Below are positions 37,643 through 50,168 of a DNA stretch of 64,000 bases, one piece after another (the stretch's first letter is position 1; each line of letters begins with the position of its first letter). The translations under genes and the position numbers were made by a program. The DNA comes from Okamejei kenojei (lineage: Eukaryota): positions 14,508,001-14,572,000 of the forward strand of contig CM069164.1 of NCBI GenBank assembly GCA_035221665.1. The letters are read 5' to 3'. The notes under the pieces were generated by a model, which was not told the origin of the DNA, did no database searches, and saw only the letters and a program-made list of their open reading frames with translations.

Positions 37643-37945
37643 GCGGCACGGTGGCGCAGAGGTAGAGTTTCTGGCTTTCAGCGGTGGAGACGGGTTTGAC
37701 TATGGGTGCAGTCTGTATGGAGTTATTACGTTCTCCCCGTGACCGCGTGGGTTTGCTCCGAGATCTTTGGTTTCCTCTCACACTCCAAAGATGTTCAGGT
37801 TTGTAGGCTAATTGGCTTTGTATAGATATAAATTTCCCTAGTGTGTGTAGGATAGTGTTAATATATGGGGATTGCTGGACGGCGCAGACATGGTGAGCTG
37901 AAGGGCCTGTTTTTGCGCTGTATCTCTAAACTAAACTAAACTAAA
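37643..37945 (+). mobile_element. HE1-type SINE
   Basis: gcggcacggtggcgcag head; (taaac)n tail. Confidence 0.85.
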
Positions 37946-38109
37946 TATAGTGCTGTCCTGCAGTTGCAAGGAGTTCATAATTCAATCTCCCATTAGGTAG
38001 CAATGATGCCTCCCGAGTCAGATGTCTGTTGGCTCAAGATCCCTAATCTCAATATTTTGATTTTCCCCCTAGTGAAATTTTGAGAGTGCTGCAATATTCC
38101 AAAGGCTAT

Positions 38110-38114
38110 TAATA

Positions 38115-38146
<32 letters not shown>

Positions 38147-39190
38147 CTTTATTGATCCCCTCAGGGAAATTCAGATGTCCAGAAGCCAACAACCAACAAA
38201 CCCACAAATTCAGAACGAAAGCAGACAAAAAATGCATAAAATACAATATGGACAATACCTGAAAGCAATAAATACTTAAAAAGACCCAATAGTTAACTAT
38301 TAAAAATGCGAAGCATCCCCATACAGCCTAGCTGTATTAGAAAATCTAATGACTGCAGGGGTGAAGGATCTCCTGAACCGCTCCGTTCTACAGCGCAGGG
38401 AGAGGAAAACAAGTACAATATGTCATTGCGCACATTGAAGGATCTGAGCCTTCTGAGGAAAAAGAGTCTGCTCTGTCCTTTTTTGTAGAGGGCATCGGTG
38501 TTGACTGACCAGTCCAGTTTGTTATCAAGGTGCACTCCCAGATATTTATATGTCTGCACCACCTCAGTGTCCACCCCTGCAGTGTTGACTGGCTGAAGGG
38601 GGAGCTTGTGTTAACAACCCATCTGGTCTTGGTTGTATAGGATGAGACTTTCTCTTTACTCCAGTATCCTGTGGCATGTGTCATCTGACTTATATCTGAA
38701 GTCTGCAGTATACAGGGTGAAGAGGAACGGGGCCAAAACCGTTCCCTGTGGGGCTCCAACATTGCACACCACTGTGCCAGAGACACTGTCCCCCAGCTTA
38801 ACAAACTGTGGTCGACCCGTCAGGTAGTTGTATATCCAGGAGATAAAGGTGGAATCCACCCCCATCTTCTCAAGCTTGTCTTTCAAAATCAGGTTGGATG
38901 GTGCTGAACGCACTTGAGAAGTCGAAGAACATAATCCTCACGTAGCCACCTGGTTCGTCCAAAAAGGAGTAAATCCGGTGTAGCATGTATAGGACTGCGT
39001 CATCCACACCAATGTTCTCCTGTTACGCAAACTGTAGTGGGTCGAGTGCATGCTGGACTTGTGGTCTCGGGAGACAAATAAGTAGCCACTCCATTGTCTT
39101 CATGATATGAGATGTAAGGGTCACCGGTCTGTAGTCCGTTGATCTCGGTCAGCCGCCCTGCTTTGGGAACCGGCACGGTAATAAGCAAGA
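38110..39190 (-). mobile_element. Rex1/Babar-clade LINE, truncated with internal deletions
   Basis: ORFs encode ISWIYNYLTGRPQFVK...GAPQGTVLAPFLFTLYTADFRY and YKYLGVHLDNKLDWS...KKGQSRLFFLRRLRSF; (TTA)n tail at 38110-38142. Confidence 0.88.
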
Positions 39191-40319
39191 GCCAGTCTAC
39201 CTTCTTGGGTAAATTATGCCAAAATTATAAAGGTGATTACCAGGCATTGCCTTGCATTTAGCACTGAATCAACATGGGAATCATTTGCCAATTATTCTTC
39301 AACATGGTGAGGGAGCATCCAAGAGAGCGTTAAGTATCTTAAGACTCTGACGGGTGCAGGGACAGGTTATGCACAAGTGATGGAAGAAGTACACATCCAA
39401 AACAAATTATAAGCCTGCCGTTTGTGGAATCTTGTGGAATTTGATCACCACATGCCCTATGATACAACATTCATTGTACTACGTTGTCATAAGGCTTTGG
39501 GATATACTTGAGATGGGAAAGTGTTATGTAAATGCCAGTGTGTGCTCCTTTATTACAGTCATAATCCCTGTTGGAATTTGTGCATACTTAGAAAAACCCC
39601 ACAAAAGTAAATCACTACTATATGCAGCACTTAGGAACGATTTATAGATTGATATGTTGTAAGACAACTAATCTATAGTTATGCTTTAAGTGTTGAGTGA
39701 GAATGTGGTCAAAGCCAACTATAATACTGTCAGTGATTGAATGTTTAGGCAGGCTCACTTGCTGAAGATTGGCTTGTCGAGTGTAATGTAAAACTTAACT
39801 GCAGCAAGCCAAGTGCCTTCCCAGAAAGAAGGAAATGAAGTGGTAGAAGCTCAAAATGAGTTAGAAGGCCACAATGACTTGAGAATGTCTCTTGAAACAG
39901 TGACTTTGTGTGTCAGGATACACAGTTCCAGAAATCAATGAATTTCAATTAAGCGTGAAAAAGAATCAGTTAGTGAAAAGTATCGAATAGGAAGCAGCTT
40001 TCACAATAAATGATGTTCTAATTAATGGGCATTATCTTCCGCCAATCAAGAGCATTAAAAAAAATCTCTTAAAATCTGACATTCATTGTCCTCTTACCTG
40101 TTTATAGAGTTCTGCTGTTCAATAGACATCTGTAGAATTATGTTCTCATCAAACATAAATTGATATGGTAGTCAATTATTTTCATTTCATTGATATGTAT
40201 AAGGTGTGTACTGTCTGTATCTAGTGACTCAGCTGTTGATCATCATGAACTGCGGGACAGCCACTTGTCCAACTTGCAGTGGTTTGGTGTAACTGAGTGA
40301 CTCACTTGGCTCCTTCAAA

Positions 40320-40600
40320 GGGCAGGCAAGAGTTAACAGTGGATGTGGCACTACATGGAGGCCAGATCATGTAAGACTGGCAGAGTGCCTTTTGTGAAGG
40401 TTATTAGTGAACCAGATGGGTTTTTACAGCAATCCAGAAATTTCATGGTCATAATTAATGATATGCTTTTTATTCCAGTTTTAATTAACAGCATTTAAAT
40501 TCCCCAACCACCTTCATGGGATTTGAATTTGTGTCTCTCGATCATTAGTTGAGGCTTCAACATTAGTAGTCTTGCAGCAGAACTACTATGCTATTGTACC
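40320..40600 (-). mobile_element. ancient SINE-like repeat (probably tRNA-derived)
   Basis: Core agtgaaccagatgggtttttac...ttattccag...gggatttgaa recurs at about 3380-3490, 9520-9660 (opposite strand), 22770-22980, 33085-33210 and 63100-63210. Confidence 0.55.
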
Positions 40601-41175
40601 CTTGATGTCTGAAGAGTGTTTAATACTCTGGCTTCAAATGAGGTTGGAGCATAATTTAAAGTGGAGCAGTGGAGAAGCATAGCGTCAATCATTCTGAGTT
40701 GTGGCATCCTACATTTTATAGATCTATTGTTTCTCAATCTTTCTTGCCTGGGACATGTTCACTTGTTATGATTCATAATTAAAAACATCCTTTCTACACA
40801 TATCTCATTCTCCATGTCTCCAGTTGACTATTTGTTTTGGCACAATCCCATTGTGCTTGTTCTTAACCCTAAAGGCACCCAGTACAAATTCTGTGGAATT
40901 AAAAAAAAAACACAGGGGCTGGAAATATGTAATTAAAACAGCAAACGCTGGTAAAATTCAGTAGGTCAGGCAGCATCTGTGGAAAGAAAAACAATTAATG
41001 TATTGTGTCTGAAACCCTTCATTAGAACTGAGAAAGAGAGAGAGGTTAGTACGAGTAGCAGAGAAGGCAATGGGTGGAACAAAGGAAATTCTTCATTCAT
41101 TCTTTTACCAGGTAACTTTGTTTACAGCTCTCTTCATGATCACCCAGTTTTACTCTTATCAGAATCTTCTCTCCA

Positions 41176-41179
41176 ACAC

Positions 41180-41212
<33 letters not shown>

Positions 41213-41215
41213 CTG
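41176..41215. repeat. compound (CA)n(CT)n microsatellite
   Basis: Seen directly. Confidence 0.9.
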
Positions 41216-42169
41216 TCTCGCCTCCCCCCCCCTCTTCCCGGTTCTGAGGAGGCGTCTGTGAGCTGCAAAACATGTTCTGTTTGTCGTCGCACACATGCAG
41301 CCTAATAGTGACGTCTATTGTCATATGCGCTAGTAGGGTGAGGTACAGCTGCAATTATAATCTTCTTTACAGCAGCATCACAGGCACACACACTCACATA
41401 ACACACAAGACATAAATTATACATAGATTACATATAACTTCCACATGACAGTGAAAACAAAACAGGCTGTGCAAAAAAAAACTTTAGTCCAAAAACACAC
41501 AATTTCAAAATAAGTCTATGGTCATGCAAGAGGTCAAAGAATAAAGGTGGATTACTTGGAGTTTATCAGTGGCTTATTTAGTCTGGCCAGTGACCTGAAT
41601 TGTTTATCCCCTTGTTGCCTTTCCCCAAAGCCTTCATTGTAAGGAAGACTACACATGAAGATCAGCCTGCTAATGTAGACCAAATCACTATCTCAATGTT
41701 AATGTTAATTGTGGAGTAACCTGGTCCATTTCACTTCAAAGCTGTAATAAGAACAATTTTGAAAAGCTTAATATTTGGAAGATCTCCTTTAATGTTTTGC
41801 TTCTGAAAACTTATTTTGTGCCGTTATACTTTTTGTCCAATATAATCAGAGAAGGACTTCTCTATAATATTGTAATTAACACAGATAATCTACATTGAAT
41901 TTAATTGATTTTGATAAATGCTCAAAAGATGCAGGCTGTGGGGAATGGGGAGGGGCGTAGGACTAATTGAATAGATCAACCCAAGGAACATGATGAGCCA
42001 AACAACTGTTGTCTGCGCTACATCATTCCATGATTCTAAACATCCCAGGCAAAATTAACCATCTTAAAATTCCCCACCCCTCATCATGTCCTTTCTAAAT
42101 AATCCGTGTAAAAACTATGCTGGATTAATTACAGTCACTTGTTCTTCATTTGAAACATTAAACACAGTG

Positions 42170-42678
42170 CACAGAAAAGTACAGCCAAGAACAGACCCTT
42201 CAGCTCATAATGATTGTGCCAAACTTGATGCCAAGTCAAAACTAATCTCCCCTACCTGATGTGATGCATGTCCTTCCATTCCTGCATAGGCATGTGCCTA
42301 TGTAAAAGCCTCTTAAATGCCACTGTCAAATTATCTTCCATCACCACCCCTGGCAGCACATTCCAGTCACCCACCCCACTTTGCAAAAAAAAACTTGCCC
42401 AGTACATCTTCTTTAAACTTTCCCACTCAATCTTAGTTATGCCTGGTCGTTTATGGAAAGGGTCCTGACTATTTATCATAACTATGCCTCTCATAATTTG
42501 ATACTTATTCTATCATATTTCATCTCAACCTCTGACACTCCAGATATAACAGTTTAAGCTTGTCTAACATACCCTTATAGCTAAAACCCTCAAATCAAGG
42601 TAACATTCTGGTAGACCTCTTATGCACCCTCTCCAAAGGCTCCACATCCTTCCTGTAATGGACCAACCAGAACTGTAA
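42170..42678 (-). mobile_element. CR1 LINE fragment
   Basis: ORF 42252..42494: FFLQSGVGDWNVLPGVVME...AFKRLL. Confidence 0.7.
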
Positions 42679-43129
42679 AAATGGAAGGAGATAAGATGGT
42701 TATAATATTTGTAGGTGAGGTCTTAAGAACTTGGTACGGAAAGTTCTCAAACATGTTAACTTTCCTTTTAACTGTGACTTTCTATTTAAAACATGTGTTA
42801 TATTAACTTAACTCATTTTAGCTTTGCATATTTAAACTTTGTTTGCTTAAATCTGTAGTTGAAAACCCATTTGACCATGAGCTCTCACCATAGTGGAGTG
42901 GAATGCACAGCGGAAGTCAGTCAAGCAGTGCATTGACGGGGGTGGGGGGGGGGGACCAGATGCTTACAGAGAAGTGCTTCTTAAAGTGATGATTGATTGT
43001 GGGTTCAACCGGAGCGAGGGGCTGGGGTCCTGAGGAGATTGGTGTGGATAGAACCTGGTTGAGAATATGATTATTCAGCCTGGCTGGAAGAAGGTGGTTA
43101 ACACTATCTTCCCAGCTGAGGTTTAGTTA

Positions 43130-43285
43130 GAAACAAAGAACTTCAGATGCTGATTTACCAAAGAAAGATCTAAAATGCTGAAGTAAAATAAAACCCACCC
43201 CTGCAATCAGTCTGAAGAAGGGTCCCGACCTAAAATGTCACCTGTCCATGTTCTCCAGGGATGCTACCTGATCCGCTCAGGTGCT
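43130..43285. mobile_element. older Penelope-derived inverted mini-element
   Basis: cagtctgaagaagggtcccgacc... plus an inverted tail fragment upstream. Confidence 0.65.
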
Positions 43286-44096
43286 CCAGCTTTTTGTGCA
43301 TTTCCTGAGGTTGAATTAAGGCTTGTTTCAGTATACATTGTAAGCTCCATTTACGGGCCATGTCTGCTTGGAACAACTTTGCCAAAGTGACATAAGAAAC
43401 AAAGTCGTTGCATGGTTTAACATTGCTTTGGCCCATCAGAAGCACAAAGGACCTGGACCAACTATTTGGAAGGCACCATGGGCTGAATCAGATCATATTT
43501 TAGATCAGTTTTATTAGCTAGTGCATAGAAGTATTGTGATGGGCAATGGAATTCCAAGGACATTTATTGTAACATACCTCCCCCGTGTGGAGAATTTTAT
43601 GTAAAGCAGTTTAAGTTGCACCACAGCGGTTATCAAAAGGACAGAAGAGAGACACAAAATGTTGGAGTAACAATGGGTCAGGCAGCATCTCTGGAGAAAA
43701 GGAATAGGTGACGTTTTGGATCGAGACTCTTCATCAGACCTTTACACATTTTGTCTCCTTACATAGAAAAAGACAGATCAGTATACCCTTTTCTATCTCC
43801 TCCATCCTGCCCCTTCCTTCTCATTCAGACTTTATTTTGCTTGGAGACAATACAATTGAGATATGTGGGACTGCTGGTTTATTATACATCTGATGTATAA
43901 CTGCGGTGTGAAAGACAGAATTAATCAAGTAACATAATGTCCCATTCAGACTGCTGGAGAATGTGATCGACTTCTTCATAAGTTGCTGAGCTTTCTTCCA
44001 CAGTCGAAAAGCTTAGACAGGAAACAGGGCATAGTTAAGATGAGTTTAACCACAAAAGGTAAATCCAATGGGAAGAAGAACATTGTTTTATTTATG

Positions 44097-44343
44097 GACG
44101 ATAGACACAAAAAGCTGGAATAACTCAGCGGGACAGGGAGCATCTCTGGAGAGAAGGAATGGGTGACGTTTCGGGTTGAGACCCTTCTCAGACCAAACTT
44201 ATTTATTTATTCAGACAGATGAAGGGTATCGACACGAAACGTCACCCATTCCTTCTCTCCAGAGATGCTGTCTGTCCCACTGAGTTACTCCAGCTTTTTG
44301 TGTCGATCTTCGGATTAAAAAAACATCTGCAGTTCCTTCCTAC
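44097..44343. mobile_element. Penelope-derived palindromic mini-element
   Basis: Arms about 44101-44190 and 44220-44308; imperfect TSD ACATTGTTT..TTTATG (44080-44096, 44344-44360). Confidence 0.82.
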
Positions 44344-45388
44344 ACATTGTTTGGTTTATGCTGTGAATGGTTGTGAAATGAGCACAGTGCCGGAGAAGGT
44401 GATGGGAACAGAATCAGTAACTTCCAAAGGTGAAATAATAATTAATCAAAGGGGGAATTTGCAGGGATCTCGGTCTCTTTATGTAATTCAGTCAAAGAGC
44501 CCACATGGGCACAACAGGCCAACAGACCTCTGCCTGATGGTTCTATATCACTAACTGCATATTGAAACCAATAGTTTTGTATATCACGTGCAGGCTTAAA
44601 GCACTGATGGAAACAATTCACTCGGTTCAAGTTCCATTTCAGAAAATTATTCCCAATTCCTTCAGAAAATGAATTAATTCCTATTTCACAGTCTAGCAAG
44701 CTATAAATCAGCAGCAACATGTTGTACGCTTCCTTTAATAATTCTGGGGTGAATTCCTCAGCAAAAACTGCTCTATTGATATCAGAAGTTTTGAAAACTC
44801 TAGACAATCTGCCTCCCTGATGTTCCCAGATGACAGACCAAGAATGTTTAAATATCCTTCTACAAAAACAATGAAGTGATGAATGACAAACTATAACATA
44901 GATAATGCAGGACTGGGTAAGTCATAATAAGGCCGCTGGAGGTCATTATAAATAATCAGAGAAGGTTGTGTTTAGGCATCCCCGCAGACGAACATGATAG
45001 ATATTTTGAGAACAAATAAACTGATTGTATTAAGTTTATAGCTTTGTCTCAGAGAGGTCTACTGCACCGGGAAATGCTGTTTGGCCTTTTTAGCTGGACA
45101 GGGTCTTTGAATTAATTCTCCAATTGTTTCCACTGCCCATCTTTGCATCCTATTCCCAAAATAAGAATGATTATTAAGAGCTGTATTTGAAATCCTGTGA
45201 TATATGAGCTTCATTTATTTAAAAACATATATGGCAGGTGGAGAGTGGCATTGAATTGATGACCACTCATAGGGGTGCAATGGTAGTTTCAGAATAATCG
45301 ATACTCACCAAGATATATAATAGACCACATCATTTGAAGGTATAATTTCAACCAGTACTTTTGCCACCTCTGACTTCCCTGTGCCCTG

Positions 45389-45697
45389 GTTTTTTTAGAG
45401 ATACAGCATGGAAACAGGCCCTTCGGCCCACCGAGTTTGCGCCGACCAGCGATCCCCGCACATTAACACTATCCTACACACACTAGGGACCAGTTTTACA
45501 TTTTCCAAGCCAATTAACCTGCATACCTGTACAGCTTTGGAGTGTGGGAGGAAACCGAAGATCTCGGAGAAAACCCACGTAGGTCACTGGGAAAACGCAC
45601 AAAATCCGTACAGACAGCACCCGTAGTCGGGATTGAACTCGGGTCACCGACGCTGCAAGCGCTGTAAGGCAGCAACTCTACCACTGTGCCATTGTGC
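45389..45697 (-). mobile_element. HE1-type SINE
   Basis: Reverse-complement copy, well conserved. Confidence 0.87.
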
Positions 45698-45987
45698 AAA
45701 TCAACATCAACAAAATAAAATTTCTAGTACAAAGATATTGCAAACTGAAGAAGAATAAATCTTAAATTGTTATTAAAGTTCCTGTTCCATATTTAAAGGC
45801 CATTAAAATTCAAATACAATATATCTTTTTTGAATTGTTGAAAAGCAGTAGTGAATGTTTGGGGTAATAATTTGCCTTGTTCACCCCAAAATTGACATTC
45901 ATATAAAATGTTAGATGTCCACCAACTTTCCAGTATATTACTTACATTTGACATTTACTGTCGACTTTGTTCATGACTTGTTCACAG

Positions 45988-46094
45988 GTTGAGGCCCTCA
46001 AACTGCCCTCTCCTGGACGACGAAGCTCTCCATGTGGCCCATCCTTGGTTTGAGTTTTTAATGCGAATAAGAGAGGTTGCTGACAATCCAGCAG
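45988..46094 (+). CDS. SPG11: spatacsin exon 17-equivalent (LRPSNCPLLDDEALHVAHPWFEFL...)
   Basis: ttcacag acceptor, gtattc donor; 107 nt; AHPWFEFL motif. Confidence 0.95.
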
Positions 46095-46689
46095 GTATTC
46101 ATAATTGAGTTTGAGTGATTTAATTCTTATTAAGTTAATTAAACTACTTGTCATCATGCACTAAATTCAGTGCACACATCACTTGCTGAATGACATATAT
46201 GTTTGATCTCAATTAAGCAATGTTTGAAAAAAGTTTATCTCAAAATCTGTCAGAATCAACACTTTCCCATCGATTTTTGTTTTTTCCAGCCTGCAACCCT
46301 CTGAGGTCTCTGCTCTTCCCATTCTGGCTACTCACCATCCATAGGTTTAATCACACCACTGTTGCTAGCTGCTCTCAGGTCCCAGACTCAAGTTCTGGAA
46401 CTGCATCTTATTTGAGATGCTTCTTAAAACCTGTTATTTGACCAGGCTTTTAATTATGTGTCCTTGTATGTCTTGGTTTTCATTCGTTATCATGGTTCTC
46501 CCTTGGGTCTCTTTAAATCATTATAAATTGTCCTGTTGTTACTTTAGCTGAGATATAGCTAATGTTGGAAGTATCTAAAGTATTCCTGCAAAAGAACAAT
46601 TCCTCTGCTTCCAGTTTAGTATTAGGTAAAGCTCTTTGACTCTGGTTAATTATTGATCACCCAATCGCAATACCTCAGGTGGACTCCCC

Positions 46690-46845
46690 GTTGGCCCCCC
46701 TCGGTCATGACTGACCACGGGTGATGCATCCTAGTTGTTGGCTGCTTGCTCCAAACCTCGGCTGGAGCAGCGTCGCTTGTGGCTGAAGAGACCAATGCGG
46801 GAGTGACAGTCTCTGTGGCAAAGGTCACATTTGTGTGTGGACTAG
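46690..46845 (-). mobile_element. RTE-clade LINE 3' end
   Basis: Minus strand encodes HKCDLCHRDCHSRIGLFSHKRRC...stop, the C-terminal C2H2 'SRIGL.SH' motif typical of RTE ORFs. Confidence 0.75.
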
Positions 46846-46986
46846 GATACTGGTAATTACAGCATTGCTTGTGGTATGACTGAATCTCCTGTACTCTGGT
46901 GTTCGTTCTTAGCTTGGAATATTACATTAATGTGCTCCATTCGTTTTTCGCTTGCAGATGTACTGACTTCCATTTTATGTCTTTAG

Positions 46987-47132
46987 ATGCATCTCTGGCA
47001 TTCCAAGCAAGTCTGGCAAATGCCCAAATGCTGATCCCTAGTAACCAAGCCAGTGTCAGCAGCATGCTTCTGGAAGGGCATACTCTGATGGCGTTAGCCA
47101 CCATTATGTTTGCTCCTGGCGGAATTGATCGG
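46987..47132 (+). CDS. SPG11: spatacsin exon 18-equivalent (ASLAFQASLANAQMLIP...PGGIDR)
   Basis: ctttag acceptor, gtgagt donor; 146 nt. Confidence 0.96.
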
Positions 47133-47217
47133 GTGAGTTATAAAAGGCTGTAACTTTAAAAGATTGAAACTCCTACTTTTTACGTTTGATCGCAATACCT
47201 CAGGTGGACTCCCCGTT

Positions 47218-47840
47218 GGGATTTGAGTACAAGAGCAGGGAGGTTCTATTGCAGTTGTACAGGGTCTTGGTGAGGCCACACCTGGAGTATTGCGTACAGT
47301 TTTGGTCTCCTAATCTGAGGAAAGACATTCTTGCCATAGAGGGAGTACAGAGAAGGTTCACCAGACTGATTCCTGGGATGGCACGACTTCCATATGAAGA
47401 AAGACTGGATAGAGTCGGCTTGTACTCGCTGGAATTTAGAAGATTGAGGGGGGATCTCATAGAGACTTACAAAATTCTTAAGGTGTTGGACAGGCTAGAT
47501 GCAGGAAGATTGTTCCCGATGTTGGGGAAGTCTAGGACAAGGGGTCATAGTTTAAGGATAAGAGGGAAGTCTTTTAGGACCGAGATGAGAAAATCGTTTT
47601 TCACACAGAGAGTGGTGAATCTGTGGAATTCTCTGCCACAGAAGGTAGTTGAGGGCAGTTTGTTGGCCATATTTAAGAGGGAGTTGGATGTGGCCCTTGC
47701 GGCTGAAGGGATCAGGGGGTATGGAGAGAAGGCAGGTACAGGATGCTGAGTTGGATGATCAGTCATGATCATATTGAATGGCGGTGCAGGCTCGAAGGGC
47801 CGAATGGCCTGCTCCTGCACCTAATTTCTATGTTTCTATG
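47218..47840 (+). mobile_element. young 5'-truncated CR1 LINE (ORF2 C-terminus intact)
   Basis: ORF 47186..47749: LYRVLVRPHLEYCVQFWSP...FFTQRVVNLWNSLP; (tttctatg)n tail. Confidence 0.92.
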
Positions 47841-48542
47841 ATCCCATTGCGTGAGGTTGTCATTCCAAGCTCCAAGGTTTCTTGTAGTGATAGATTTATG
47901 AGTTTTGTTGAATAAGAACACCCGCTTCTTTGGAGCATATTGCAGAATATGGGGGTAACGTGGGGAGTTGTATCCCAATTCAAAATAAACTAAAGTTATG
48001 CATGTAAACTGTTTTCTCTTGGAGTTTTACACCTGACAATTCCATATGACTTTTCAACCAAACTTGGCAAACATTTGGAATTTTATGCTCAAACTGCAGC
48101 AATTCAACTATGCCGTCTGTGAGAGCTAACCAAAGCTCCCGACCTCCTGCCATATCTTCACATCCCCTTTCACGTTCTTTTGGAATACATACTCATATGC
48201 ATTTCAAAGTCTAATATGCCTCTTCTTTCAGCACCTTCTCAGGGAGCATTTTATTTAGCAATCCTCTGGGGGAAAAATACTTTAATCTCTTCACTTTCAT
48301 TCTATAATGTATGATCTTATATTTATAGTCTAAATTACTAATTCATTCATTATTAGATTTCTGATTTGTTCTAAACTGCCCTGCTTAATTTTGAATATTG
48401 TAGTCATTTGTCATTTGTCGTAACTTATAGAAGCAAAAGATAAAATCGAACATTCAAAATTCTCTCGTCAGTTAAAATGCCTTTGTGACCTTTTGAAATT
48501 GTGACAGGCTCCAAATACATCTCTTTATCTGTGGTTTCCTAG

Positions 48543-48707
48543 GTGATGCAGAAAAAGGAAGATGCTGGTGATTCCCTCTGGAAGGTTGAACCGCAGTTAT
48601 TGAAAATGGCTCTGGCTCCTTATCCCAAGCTGCGTGCTGCCCTTTTTCCGCAGCTCACTCTTCATGGCCTTCCACCACCAGACATCTCTCTCTACCATCT
48701 TTTGCAG
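48543..48707 (+). CDS. SPG11: spatacsin exon 19-equivalent (VMQKKEDAGDSLWKVEPQLLKMALAPYPKL...YHLLQ)
   Basis: cctag acceptor, gtattc donor. Confidence 0.96.
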
Positions 48708-50039
48708 GTATTCACAATGCGTCTTATATTAAATGTTTGGGTTTTTCTTTTTTAATAAAGTTCGTAAACAGCATTCTTACAATAATGTATCTGTGTTGGA
48801 TGTTGTACAATTGCAATACTGGTTATATTCTACATTCTTTGCCTAGAACCATGATGCATGTTTCATTTTCTTTGTCCCTTTTCTTTAAGCAAATATTATT
48901 GCCTCTTGATACCATTACATAAAATAAATGGAATAAGAACATAAGAAAGTAGGACCTCCTATTTCTTATGTACTTAAGAAATTCATTTATTCAAATTGTG
49001 AATATAAATCATGAACCAGTAATGACCATCAATGACCAATATTAAAGAACCATAATGACCCAATGCTGATTCCTGCAGCATGTCTCTCATTGCAGGCCTC
49101 CAGACTAAAAAACAGTCCTCTACCAGTAACACCTTGCCCATTTCTTGTGGCTTCACACATAGAGAACCTTGTTGATTTTCAAGGGATCATATTCTCTCCC
49201 CAATTATTCTTGCCCTTAATATCCTACTAGAATTTCTTTGGATTCTCTTTTACCTTATCTGCTAAAACTATCTCATGTTCTCTTTTCGCTTCCTGATTTC
49301 CCTCTTAAGTGTGTTTCTGCACCCCTTATACTCAAGAGATTCACCATCCCAGCTGCCTATGCCTGACATAAGACTTTTTACAACCAGCCTCAATATCTCT
49401 TGTCATCTTTGGTTCCCTAATCCTGAATGCCTTGCCCTTCACTCTTAACAGGACCATGCTGGCTCTGAACTTTCCCTACACTTTTAGAAACCTCCCTCTT
49501 ACCAGATGTCCCTTTACCTCCCCCAATCAACTTTTGAACATCCCAAGATTAAATATCATCAAAATTGGCCCAACTTAGGTCTTCAACATTTGGACCAGTC
49601 ATATTGCTTTCTGCAATTATTTTAAAAAAAAAATAGAATTATGGTCAGTGGGAAATGGTAAGAATGGTCCAAATGTTGGTTGCCACAGTTGCCTTTAAAT
49701 CAGAACTTTGTGGGTTAAATGTAACCTAGAGACCAGAGCTCATTATCCAGGCTGATCTATCTACAGGTTTGCACACGTGACTTGCTCTTAGCTGAGGCAT
49801 TTAATTAAGGCCTTGTCTACCTTGCAGGTGGGCATGAAGAACCCCGTATATAAACACAAAGGAGTTCTCCCACTCCCCTAGCCAGTGCCATTCATTCATT
49901 TTGTCCTTTTCGAAGGAATAGTTCCATCTGAAAAAGTGTGAAACTTAAGAATTTGAGTTAACTGGCCTGGAGTTAACTGGATGGTTAATGTTGTTACTTT
50001 TCTTACATTCCACTGTGTGGACAGAGGATGATAACGGGC

Positions 50040-50168
50040 TCCGTTATCCCCCCCACTCCCACCCTGATATCAGTCTGAAGAAGGGTTTCGATCCGAAACG
50101 TCGCCTAGCCTATTCTCCATAGATGCTGCCTCACCTGCTGAGTTTCTCAAGCATTTTTTTGTCTACTT
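50040..50168 (+). mobile_element. Penelope-derived pLTR fragment with intact hammerhead-like core
   Basis: 12-bp TSD ATGATAACGGGC (50028-50039, 50169-50180); core CTGAAGA-A-GGGTTTCGATCC-GAAACGTC at 50075-50102. Confidence 0.8.

Noticed and set aside
37167-45987. Possible hidden exons or snoRNAs in the 8.8-kb intron 16
   Set aside because: The flanking exons join in phase with no missing protein segment, and I saw no convincing C/D or H/ACA structure by eye. A covariance-model scan is needed to exclude one.
46950-46986. Upstream ttgcag acceptor for exon 18
   Set aside because: It is 28 nt from the true site and would shift the frame; homology supports 46987.
47186-47749. 187-aa ORF as a nested host gene
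   Set aside because: It is the CR1 ORF2 C-terminus, preceded by a 31-bp duplicated segment and a non-ATG start.
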